Shown piece after piece: positions 1 to 12,200 of a DNA stretch of 64,000 nucleotides. Positions within the stretch are counted from its first letter, which is position 1. Every line of letters starts with the position of its first letter. The notes below the pieces were generated by a model. The model was given only the letters and a program-made list of their open reading frames with translations. It had not been told where the DNA came from and searched no databases. The stretch lies in contig NMRA01000352.1 in NCBI GenBank assembly GCA_002633005.1, positions 1-64,000 on the forward strand. The letters run 5' to 3'. The translations under genes and the position numbers were made by a program. The stretch comes from Phoronis australis. Taxonomy: Eukaryota > Animalia > Phoronida.

Positions 1-1173
1 GAAAAATGGTCGAATTTCAGAGAAATAAGGCTCAATTTTCACCTGCAGATTGGCGAACCACTATCCCCATACCGTACCACAGCATTGTGTGGCGACACAA
101 TAGTTTGTCTAGTTGATTTTAGATCAGATAATAATGTTGCAAATTTCTTGGTTTTAACAGTCCAGGGTAATGGTACAAAACGAGGACACGGTTCTCTTTA
201 TATCCTTGGAAATGTGAACATTGGTAAAATGACGACATGCAGTAAAAATATAAGCAAATATATATTCCAGTACGTCCATTGGGAAAACTAATAAAGACAT
301 AAAAAACTATAGTCAAGCACACGTCATAAATATTAGACTATTTACAATAAAGTTGAAGGGACACAAGTTCGGCAAAAGAAAATAAAGCCAACATTAGAGA
401 CCGGGCACATCATAAACTTCAAAATCTGATCAGTCTCTCAATAATTCAAGCTAGATTTCTCAAACGAGAGCTTCTAAGATCCTTAAATGTGACAAGTCAC
501 TATCAAAATACAAAATAGAAGTTCTTTCTACTATTTGAGTACAAGTTTGTAAACGGTGAGCTTGACCAAAATAGTCCGTGATGGGGTTGCAAATGAAAAC
601 TTAACCTTAATGTCATGGATCAAGTACTAGTGAGACCGGCACATCCTGATTTGCCATGAGTGGGATGTATACAAGCATCTGCAGATATCCAAAACTATAA
701 ATCACAATAGTCCTCACCAGGGGTCGCTGTACCTTGGTATTGATCTGCATCACTAGGTTTAAAGTTCTTTTAAACATGATCTATATAATGAATTTAAGTT
801 TACAATTTAGAGGTTTTACATTTTTCATTAATGATTTTACTGTGAACATGTTCATCTTTACATATTGTGTCTTGAATTGAGATTTTACTGTGTTCTCAAT
901 GAAAAATAAAAAACAAATCAGAGACGGACAATGCTCACCGGCTTTTGGTCATCAGACGGTGGTGGGCAGGGTTCTGGCTCAGTAGGGTGACAGTCGTTCA
1001 TCAATCTCACAGGCTGACGGTCGATAAGTGTCGGTGCAGGGTCGGAAGGTGGGGGAGGTGCATCCGTCGTGCTCAGTCGAAGAGGGCAGCATCCAGAAAA
1101 GAAGCTATGGAAAATAAATATAGTCCATCTATTAACTACAAATTCACAGTGGGGTACCTTTAGCAATTTTGCT

Positions 1174-1833
1174 CATGACAGCGTTTTTTCGTTCAGTGAC
1201 TTGACCAGATGTAGAGAGTTGTGAGCATGTGATAACATCTAGCTTCTTTCAGTTAACTGCCAAACACAGTCTTTTGTCTGGTATGACAACAGGCAGGCCA
1301 ATTATCTCCCAGGATTATTACAGACCAAGTGTGAACATGTAGTGAAACCCAAAGCGAGTTGGTATATGTTCGGAAAGAATAGATTACCTCCATTCTGACA
1401 TTTATGGTTGGAGGGCCACTGAGCTCTCTTTTGTTCAATAATTGCTCTAATCTCCAATAAGATTGTATCTACCCTAACTGGGTTGTGCTGTTAAAAATAA
1501 AAGTTAAGTTATATTACACATTTGAGCATAAACTAATAGCATTTCTGAAATCTTCGTCAAATGGTGATTGTGTTTAGTTTTATAAAAAAATCGCCCAAAT
1601 GCGTGTAACCAAAGTTATGACAATCTATTAATTCTTTCCAAATACACCAATTCACTCTGAATTTGACTGTGTTCACAGGTGGTCTGTATAATAATTAGCC
1701 TGCTAGATAACTGGCCTTCTTGTTGTCGAAACAAACAAAAGAGTGTGCTTGGCAGCTAACAAAGAAGCTAGATGTTATCACACGCTCAGAACCCCTACGT
1801 CTGGTAAAGTCAGAATGAGAAAACGCTGTCATG
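1174..1833. mobile_element. Non-autonomous TIR element (MITE) with ~135 bp terminal inverted repeats
   Basis: catgacagcgttttt...ggccaattatct (1174-~1307) is the imperfect reverse complement of agataactggcc...aaaacgctgtcatg (~1705-1833); related copies at ~53785-54000 and ~54876-55722. Confidence 0.8.
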
Positions 1834-3284
1834 TTACAGTACAAATGCATTTCCCAACAGGAGCAACTATAAAATGCTTCTTTAAAGTTATCAGTTGAGA
1901 TTACAGGCATTTACTTGCACACCAATTGGACCCATTATGACACTACAATTGTTTCGTTTGGAGATGTAGCACATTAACTAAAATACTATGAATTAAAATC
2001 ATTCAATTTACCATGCAAATGACTTCACATCATTTCCAAGACCTATACTACAATTAATATGAACTTGATGTAAACTTTGATGTCTCTCTCACTGAAGACC
2101 GTGCGTTCACAAATGCCAAATAACATTACCAAATAACCATACCAAATAACATCATACCAAATACCATTACCAAATTACTTCTTATTCGCACCAAATACTG
2201 TATTCTCCTCTATCTTGAAATCAGAATTTTATTTTTAAACAATGCAAGTATTTTAAGTAACCCTAGACTAGTACAAACAGTTCAATTCATACAAAATGCG
2301 AAAGAAAATGGCGGACTGCGAACGATTTTTAGCCTTGCCAAACATCTTTGCGAACCAACTCTACACTATCAATAACGCCAGCAAGGTCGAGTACATAAGT
2401 TATCTGGGACCTGCTGGGCAGTTTATGAGCTAGGCAACTACATGGCTTAAATGGTCAACCGAGGGGCTACGTGTTGCCTATTTATGAGCTTGGCATCGCG
2501 ATAGCCGAAAAGGACATTCATAGCTGAAATGCCAACAGGTTCTACGAAAAATGCACACTGATAATTCACCACACACGAACACATCTCTATGAAGCACCGA
2601 ACTGTCTGTACAACCGACCACAAACTATAGCATTCCACATTTACAGCTCTTCCATCAGACATGCCGGTTTGTTTACGTAAAAGCGCTACCTGTTGATAAT
2701 TCGACCACCTAATCAGAACCGCCGATGTAAAAATTAAAGAAAATGGCTTGCGTATCCTCTTTCTCCTAGTGGACAAGAAGGGAACCAGCGAGAGTGAGGT
2801 CCATGGCCCAGGTGATGATGACTGAGTTCTCAGTTTCGCTAAGAGCCGCGGGTCCGCGGGGAAATCGTTGGGGTGATGAAAGATTCAGAGAGATTGAAGT
2901 AGGCTCAGTGATTACTAAACGTTTTTTTCTTTGTTGTCTTTAGTAAGCGAATTACTGTATAGATACCCGTGAAAACAGCATGTTTTGTGTAGGGGAGCAC
3001 TGAATGCGAAAAAGCGAACATAGGGCAGAGAAAACTATGAAAACAAAAAACGGCACTCGGAGATGGGTTGCTGGTCATGTTTCAGTGAAGTAAATGATGT
3101 CCGCGGTATGATCATGGAGATCTTGTCGCCGGACAGCATGCAATTCATACGATTACACCAAGTCATCGCTGACTATACTGTCGTGACATGATGTATTTAA
3201 ACATTTTTGTCAGTTTAAGATTTTGCCCCGCGTGGCCTTTTTTCGACGTATTGGAAATCATAATAGAAATCTGTTATAGTATTA

Positions 3285-3816
3285 ATACACTTTATTCACT
3301 TTAAGTCAAAAACCAAAAAATACAGTTGATACAGATTTACGCTTATGGAGACTCCGTGAAGAACCCGAGAGGTCCGCTGACCACGGAGCCACCAGAGAAT
3401 AAGAAAGAAAAAATACAGCGTTACAGATAAGCAGAACTATAAAAATTAGGTGATGATGTACTTTAAAACTACTTGTGTAAAGACTGGGAGAGACTATCGA
3501 AAATAGTTACATACAAAGCAGTTGGGAATAGTGCACTCAAGTTCATAATTTTCAAAACAAACATTCTTAAAATAATTTATAACAGAGGATAACGAATGGG
3601 TAAAAAGTTTTTGGGAGACACTTTCAGGAAGGTTATTAATGATGTGAGGTGGGGTATTTCGAACTGAATCTTCAACAAATGATTTAGTACAACGGGGAGT
3701 ATGTAAAAGATGTCGTTGCCTAGTGTAATGTTCATGAACAGACCCACGAGTTATTAAATTGAACGTGTTAAATAATGAAGGTAAGTAATTATGAACATAT
3801 TTGTAGAAAAATTTAA
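3285..3816 (-). mobile_element. 5'-truncated CR1-group (L2/Crack-like) LINE: ORF2 C-terminus plus 3' UTR
   Basis: Minus-strand translation FYKYVHNYLPSLFN..VHEHYTR..IINNLP..KLFTHS..YELECTIPNCFVC..* (stop 3494-3496), then a 3' UTR ending in AATAAA near 3291. Confidence 0.75.
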
Positions 3817-5111
3817 TTTAATAATAGCAACAACATACAAGTCCTTAAAGTGACTTTAGCCTACTTTGTTGAACTAATTCTTGTTTTTATCGTTTCCACT
3901 ACAAAAGTTTGAGCAGGGCGTCATTTTCAAATTTTTGCATTTTTGCCTAATCTTTCATCATATTTTGGACTTAAGTCATTAAATTCGTATTTTCTGGCAA
4001 GAATTGGGTTCAACAATCGACATGTCTTTTGTCATCAAGGATTATTTAAACCTCTAGGATGCTGTATCTCTCCAACGATAACAGTTAGTATTCTAGACAT
4101 GCGTGGTTTTCAATAAATTTCCTCAATGGTTTCCAAAAAGCATTGTGTTGGTTCACAATTTGCTTGTAATGAAACCCTATGTTGGGCGATCTGGTCTGAC
4201 ATAATTGAAGGGTCTGCATGGGCGGCACAGCACTGAAAAAAGTGAGGGCTANNNNNNNNNNNNNNCCCCCCCCCCCCATTCCCCTATGGTGCGCCACCCG
4301 TGGTCTTTAATGTTTTTTTACAAAAACCGATTGAAGCGATTGAAAGTACATTTCACATAAATGAAGTACGTCCCATGAAGAAATTCACAATAGCTCATTC
4401 AATTGTTGAAAATAACACCACGCTTAAACAGAATTAAAGTGCATGAGAATATTTTGAACGTTTTTTTAGGGCAGTTGGTTAATGCAATTAAGATACTTAC
4501 TAAAAACAAATTGAAATCATTCGCAGTATCAAAAATGTAACCTATTGCCAATTTTTAGGAAACAATTAAATATTTTGAAAGAGAACTATCGTTTCAACTG
4601 CACAGCGATAACTAACAACGTCGCAAACGTTTAGCTGCCAATGTTGAATTGCGATTCCGAAGCGTTCGGGGTTCAAAAATGTCATCCGATCTTGAATTGT
4701 TGCCGAATGAGTTGACAACATATTTTAATAATGGTGAGAAAAACCTCGAATTTATAAAAAGAACATAAAGAGTCCACATACAACCACACATTTCAAAACT
4801 CTCATTTGATTGAAATTTTTACTCAGCTTTATCCATCCTGGACCAACTTTTTATGTCTTTGCTCATCTAAATGAATAAATGTTGATGGTCAAACTCTAAA
4901 CACCCGCCTTTCACCGAATTGCGATCTGACCAGCTTAAGGCCAGCATGCCTCTTTAGTGTTTGCCTGATAACAGTTTCTAAAACAACGTCAACTTAACAC
5001 CTGTAGTAAAATCAGTGTACTTACTCGGTGATGGATCCGCAGAAACTGTTGATGTAATCTATGAAAGGCATTCTCACTTATTCAGGCACACAATATATTT
5101 ATAAATCTCGC

Positions 5112-5153
5112 TGTAGTAGTAGTAGTAGTAGTAGTAGTAGTAACTAAGTAGTA
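5112..5153. repeat. (GTA)n microsatellite
   Basis: Directly visible. Confidence 0.95.
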
Positions 5154-5505
5154 ATATTTCGTATATAGCAGTAGTAATCGCAGTTGTAATCGCACGTCTC
5201 TCTTGTCTCAATAGCAGTGGTTTTCTGGTTCGAATATTTGAATATTTGGCGGGAAATAGAAAAGTCACGTGACAAGAGACTTGGCGCACCCACTCCCCGT
5301 TGTTCTATTAGATACAATCAATGGTCACGTGCTGCCAAACTCAGTTAGGCCACTTCCACCATAGTTACCTGTTGTTAAGTCCCCCTGATTGCATACCAAA
5401 TATGGAGTTAGGTTCTCAGCAAGCATACCACACGAACAGCTTCTTTTCCCTACGTACGTGGAGCTAAACCATGATCAAGGCCTTGGGGGGAGGACGGGGG
5501 AGGGG

Positions 5506-5881
5506 NNNNNNNNNNNNNNNNNNNNNNNNNNNNNNNNNNNNNNNNNNNNNNNNNNNNNNNNNNNNNNNNNNNNNNNNNNNNNNNNNNNNNNNNNNNNNNN
5601 NNNNNNNNNNNNNNNNNNNNNNNNNNNNNNNNNNNNNNNNNNNNNNNNNNNNNNNNNNNNNNNNNNNNNNNNNNNNNNNNNNNNNNNNNNNNNNNNNNNN
5701 NNNNNNNNNNNNNNNNNNNNNNNNNNNNNNNNNNNNNNNNNNNNNNNNNNNNNNNNNNNNNNNNNNNNNNNNNNNNNNNNNNNNNNNNNNNNNNNNNNNN
5801 NNNNNNNNNNNNNNNNNNNNNNNNNNNNNNNNNNNNNNNNNNNNNNNNNNNNNNNNNNNNNNNNNNNNNNNNNNNNNNNNN
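5506..5881. other. Assembly gap (also 4252-4265, and single Ns at 11238, 21318, 38958, 54261)
   Basis: Runs of N. Confidence 1.
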
Positions 5882-8878
5882 AGTATTTTTTAAGTTAGAG
5901 CGTCGTCAATATTTTGGCCCAAAATAGTTCATCTTTGGTTCAAATATGTTCAGTAAGTGATGTAGTTTTAAAACGGTTCAAATGGAAGGTAGTGAAAAAA
6001 TGTTTTATATTTTTGTGAAAACTGGGCCTCTCTATCCGAAGACAGTTTGCCTTTTCAAACAGGTTTCCGTTAACCTTAGTTGGAACGCCAAAATGCGCTA
6101 AACTATGCCAGTTTTTGTGTATAGCCATTTAGAGGTGCTTTGGGGACCAGTTTGTGGGATGCTAGTGATTTCAGATAATACTTCCTTATCAGTTTCTGCG
6201 TGACTATGAAGAAAAAAAATTAAAAAATTGGGTTTTGTGTTTGTTTTCAATGAAGATACAATAGAAAAAATATACCATCTCGTATTTTACAATCTTTAAC
6301 TACGGACAGTCAACAGAGTGTAACTCGTGAACTCCATCAAGGGCTACATTAGTTTTTGCAAATATATTTCTGTGGTTATAACAATGGCTAACGTCACATG
6401 AATTTATTTCATGTTTTGATTACTGCTGGCCCCTGTGGTTGCGCTTTCTATATTTTGATTTCTGTGGTGAAATTCCGTACATTTGGTCAAATAGTTTCTG
6501 TATCAAGGAAACAGTGGCACATGCACGTTTTCGAATGATTCTAACCTGTGCTGTCCCACCATACATCTAAGTTGTGCACAAGGTTACATCACTCGTGTGA
6601 TTTTGTATTGTTAAGTGTTTGCGGTAACACATGAATTTAGATCATAACTAATAACTTCGGTGTTGGGTTTTAATTAAATTCATTTACATTAAGTGAATAA
6701 ATATTATTTAACATTGTTTTCTAACATAAACCACCTTAATTTTAGTTTTTGTGTTTTGTTTAGTAATTAATTTAAGGTTTTAAATCTTCTCAGTGGCTCC
6801 CTGCATGACGGCACTTACATAGATAGCATTTACGGGATGCACAACTCCGATAGGTTTGTTTTTTCAAACATTTTACCCTTATCAGTACAAGATTCATAAC
6901 ATGGGTTTGTTTTCCCGTTAATCGATGACCTGCACAGAAACAGTAAATAAAGTGTACGTAATTTGTACTATGAGCTTAATAACGCATAATCTTTTGGTTT
7001 AAATGAGCAGTCTCTCTTTTTCATAAAACCCACAACCGTGCTGTCTGTTTTATGGACAGAAAGAATCTGTACTTGAGCAAATTATGATCCACAAAAGAAA
7101 CGAGGATGAGAAAGGAAGGCTACATTTCGACGTGACTAGTTTTCATGTATGCTTTTCGTTCTATATATCTTTGTTATGTATCTTGTTCATTTGCTGTAGT
7201 GTACTAACGGCAGTATTGTTCGTCATGATTATGAGAGAATATTATTCTAAAGTTGTTGGTAGAACTCAATTCTCTAATATCCAAGAGTTTAAATCTCATA
7301 AAATACAAATTATTAGAAATGAATAAAAACTGAGATCATGTCAAGATCAGCAAAAACAGTTTTTCCTGTGTGTCATACGTGATTTCGTCATTATTGCTTT
7401 CGGAACACAGTTTCTTGGAAATGAATTTACACATTTCCTGGAAAACGCCACCGGTATAAAGTTGCTTTTTAGTGTCACTAAGGGTCAGTTTGTCAACATC
7501 GAAAATAACCTCGGGTCGTTTCTAACGGTGGAAAAGTATCTCATGGGGACATTTTTCAATGCTAAGTGACTGTTTTGAAACGTATGCATCGGCTATTGAC
7601 GAGAAAAGATTAACTTAGATAATACTCTACCTTTTTCAATTCCTTTATAAGGAGGGTCTCACTCAGGGGCAAAATTATTTCTAGTTTCCTCTTTTTTCCT
7701 ATCTTTTATCATTATTTTGAATTTATTCATGCAAAAACATTTATTTCAATTAAATTTTACAACACAAAAATGAATATAAGTTCTCCAGAAAATGCATCAC
7801 TTCACATATTACTACGCCCACTGGAGCTTATATGCGGGAGGGGTCAACCGGCCGCCGAAATGGTGTCCACCACCCCCGCAACTTAGAGAGAGCCTTCTGA
7901 TGGCCAGGCAACACGGCCAGAACATTCTGAGGGGAGGGGATTGGACAGTCAACCCGCCCCGTACTCATAGCAGGCCTCCAGGACAACAATGCTAGAGCCT
8001 CATATGGTACAGGCAACAGGCTGTTCATGGCACATTCATCTACAAAATGTATTAGTTCATCTTACCACAAGTTATAACGCTAAACATGGGAGATTTCGCG
8101 CTCGCAATTACAATATGAATACTGGAGGTCAGCCACAGTCTGAAGCTATTTTGCAGTCTGATGCGAAAATTCGCTTCCAGTATTTCCTAGAGTATTTGAA
8201 AAAATAAAGGTCTTGTATTATGCACCCAATTTCAGTTTTGTTATAAAATGCTCCCAAGTCTCCATGGAACAAGTCCAAAACCCGAAATTATCGAACACAG
8301 TCCTACCAAATGATTAGTGTGGGAAGAAGAACAGGTGTTTCCGAGAAACACAATGCAGTAAACAAGAAAAGCACTGAGCTAGAAAGAACCAAGTCGGAGA
8401 TGATGAAAAAAGAATTACAACTAGTAATTAAAAGAATTGCTCATTTGCACTTCCAAATCTGGGATCTGTTTCATAAAAAGTGACTCAAGACTTATGACAA
8501 AAATTTGGTCTTGTGCTCCATGTCAATGGCAAGTCCCCCTGTTGACACGAGACTGCACCCTCCCCCTAACTGGAGAGACCACCTATAACACAAGTGGAAT
8601 ATTGTTTTCAACCAAATATGTAGTAAAGAAATTTTTCTGCCAAAATACTTTCATATTTGGATTGGGTGACAGAAATATTGTCTATGTTACCATCGCATAT
8701 TGCCCTATACAGTCTGAATACATTCAATTAGTACATACAGCAATATGAGCATTTGCATAAAAAAATCACTTTGCCACAACACACCAACAAGTTCCAAGAA
8801 GAGATTGTAAACGGAAGGTGTACTTAAGATGTTTTCAGAAGCACAAAAAGATCCTTGTCTGAAAATAAAGGCTTTTCA

Positions 8879-8884
8879 TTTATT
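8879..8884 (-). terminator. Candidate polyadenylation signal AATAAA
   Basis: tttatt on the + strand about 85 nt past the stop codon; AT-rich context weakens the call. Confidence 0.45.
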
Positions 8885-8969
8885 AACAACTTCAAAACTG
8901 TTTTACAAAAAAGAATGTCTATTGCTACAACATATCAACAAATAAAATTTCAAATGACAAACTGCTCTG

Positions 8970-9262
8970 CTACTGTGGTTTCACTTTGATCATTGTCACA
9001 TTTTGTTTTTCCACCGGAGCAACTTTGTTATGAACACGAGCATTCTTCCATGTGCTATATCGTTTCCAGCCGGCACGTAAGTTCCTTTTAAGTATGGTCA
9101 AATGTTTCTGTATGGTAATGAGATCTAAAATGATCATGGTACCAAATGTTCCAGCCACGAGTCCTATAGCAATACCACCTACATACACAGAGCCAGCAGC
9201 TTCAGCTTTTGGCATGGTCTTCCACGCGGCTTTCCTTTCATTTGGTGGGGGACCGGGGATAG
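8970..9262 (-). CDS. Exon 33: stalk, transmembrane helix, cytoplasmic tail and stop
   Basis: [22 protein letters not shown] hydrophobic segment, then a basic tail ending KVKPQ*; phase-1 acceptor TTTCAG. Confidence 0.85.
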
Positions 9263-12200
9263 CTGAAATGACAATTTGTGATGTGTCACTGTGAATGACG
9301 ATATGTGTATTTGACAAGGAATACCTAGAGAAATAGCCACTAGGTGGTGCTGAGGTTAACAAGTCTGTCCGAAAAATTGACTGAGATGTCGGTACATTCC
9401 AATCAAGTACCTTCGTGTCATGGTACATGAGCTTACACACATGTTGAAAATTATGACTTCTGAAGGGTACAACAACAGTCAAAACTGTCTAATAATTGAC
9501 TCTTGCTCATGTACTTATGCCATAAACATCCGTGTCCAATTTCATTAAACCTGTTCAGTCATTTTGAAAATAAAGGACGGAAAATAACATCTCGCCAAAA
9601 AATAAATTGGTCACAAAGCGATGGTAGGATAGTCAAATTCTCCTGAACATTAACTGCTGCCATCAAACTCTTGGCATACACAATACACATCTGTATCAAG
9701 TTTCATCAAGATCTGCCAATCAGTTCTTAAGAGACTATTTTAAAATGTTTTTTGTCAAAGGAGATCTTGTCATAAATTACAGTGGCCACGAGAAGGTGCT
9801 GGCATAGTTGAATCCACCAGAAATTTTACTGATATTGGCACATCCTCTTATTCCTTTTTACCCAGTCAAAGACTTCTCCAGATAACACAAAGATGATTTT
9901 AGCAAAGGAATATCCTGTCGACTGGCCAATAAATAAGGGGGTCCTGAGGTAGATGAATCTATCTGAAATTTGACCAGTGACAGTGCACTTCTGCCATATA
10001 CACCTCTGTGAAGTTTCGCTAATCACTTTTACAATAACTGATTAAAAATGCAATTAATAGGAGCTAAAACATTTAAATCCACCCAAAAATTGATTGGTAT
10101 GACACACCCCCATTTTGAATCTCTGAGTGAAGTTTCACCAAGATCCCTCAATAGGAGGGTCATTCCAAGAAAACTGACTTAGCTAGAAGAAATCTTAAAT
10201 TTCACTCAATTTTAATATAGAAATTTGAAAATCATTACAACTACATAGATTTTCATGTTCAACGTTTCGCTTTTATCACAAAAGCATTTCTAAAGACAAT
10301 AAACCAATGTACACTCAACAGTGTAAAGCACAAAACTAACTCAACAAACAATGCGACTCAGTATACTCAAACACAGCAAACTAACCATAGATTCAATGCA
10401 ACAGAGCTCTACTGCACATTGAGTGACTGAGCAGCATTGTTGGCCTGATTGGCCAAAGACTATTTAACACAGAGCTTATCTCTGTTCTATTCTTTAGTAA
10501 TGATGTCTACTGAATTGGCAAAATTTCATTTAGACTGCTGGTGCTATAAAATTGGTTTCAACTTGCTCCTTACTCAAAGACTAAACTGACGATTAGTTGT
10601 CAAGGAATAACAGTGTGAGTTCTTTCCAACCATGAAATCATTTTGACTAAGGAATAATCTGAGGCAGGAAGACATTGCCAGGAGGGGACAATATATAAGT
10701 GTAATTTAACATGTTTTTGAATGTGGTTTAACAATGAATTGTTCAGTTTGTCAGGATTCTAAACATTGCAGTAATATAAAGCTGATCACCAGTTCAGCCC
10801 CAGCAGACTGCAAACTGGTGGCACTGATTTCTTTTAAATGTGACGTGTTTTACACAATGGTTAAAAAAGACAGCTTTACAGTCCCAGGCAAATCCTTGGG
10901 CTTAAGTTTTGTGAACTGTGACCTCGTAAATTAAGGTTCTCTGGTTGACCGTTTTTTCATCATGCCCATCCCGTGGCCTTGAAAACCACATCAAGGTTAC
11001 CAAAATAGACTGGGGGCTGGAGGTATCCAGTCAACACCACCTCAGCACAAAATATTCAAAAAAATTCGTAAGCTCCTTCTTAAGATCTCACAGCAACGTT
11101 TTCCCAAAGATAAACCTAGTTTTCTCGCTCTGACCTCACATGCATTTTGAAGATTCTCTTTAAACAAGATTCCTTGATCGACACCAGTTTTATCCACATT
11201 CTTACAGGAACAGCAGCATCTCTTGTGAATTAGTGTTNACAATCTCAAAGCATAGCTACCTTTTAAACAAACCCACAGTCAATCGTCTGACACTAACCAT
11301 AGATTCAACGCAGCAGAGCTCTGCTGCACATTGAGTGACTGAGCAGCATTGTTAGCCCGATTGGCCAAAGACTACTTAATACAGAGGTTATCTCTGTTGT
11401 GTTCTCTAGTGATGATGTCTACTGAATTGGCAAAATTTCATTTAGACCACTGGTGCTATAAAATTGGTTTCAACTTGCTCCTTACTCAAAGACTAAACTG
11501 ACGATTAGTTGTCAAGGAATAACATTGTGAGTTCTTTCCAACCATGAAATCATTTTGACTAAGGAATAATCTGAGGCAGGAAGACATTGCCAGGAGGGGA
11601 CAATATATAAGTGTATTTTAACGTGTTTTTGAATGTGGTTTAACAATGAATTGTTCAGTTTGTCAGGATTCTAAACATTGCAGTAATATAAAGCTGATCA
11701 CCAGTTCAGCCCCCGCAGATTGCAAACTGGTGGCACTGATTTCTTTTAATTGTGACGTGTTTTACACAATGGTTAAAAAAGACAACTTTACAGTCCCAGG
11801 CAAATCCTTGGGCTTAAGTTTTGTAAACTGTGACCTCGTAAATTAAGGTTCTCTGGTTGACCGTTTTTTCATCATGCCCATCCCGTGGCCTTGAAAACCA
11901 CATCAAGGTTACCAAAATAGACTGGGGGCAGGAGGTATCCAGTCAACACCACGTCAGCACAAAATATTCAAAAAAATTCGTAAGCTCCTTCTTAAGATCT
12001 CACAGCAACGTTTTCCCAAAGATAAACCTAGTTTTCTCCCTCTGACCTCACATGCATTTTGAAGATTCTCTTTAAACAAGATTCCTTGATCAACACCAGT
12101 TTTATCCACATTCTTACAGGAACAGCAGCATCTCTTGTGAATTAGTGTTGTATATAATATATAGCCGACAAGACATGCTGGAACCTACTTCGCAATGAAT

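Noticed and set aside
5389-5898. Long ORFs of 169 and 140 aa
   Set aside because: Open only because they run through the N gap.
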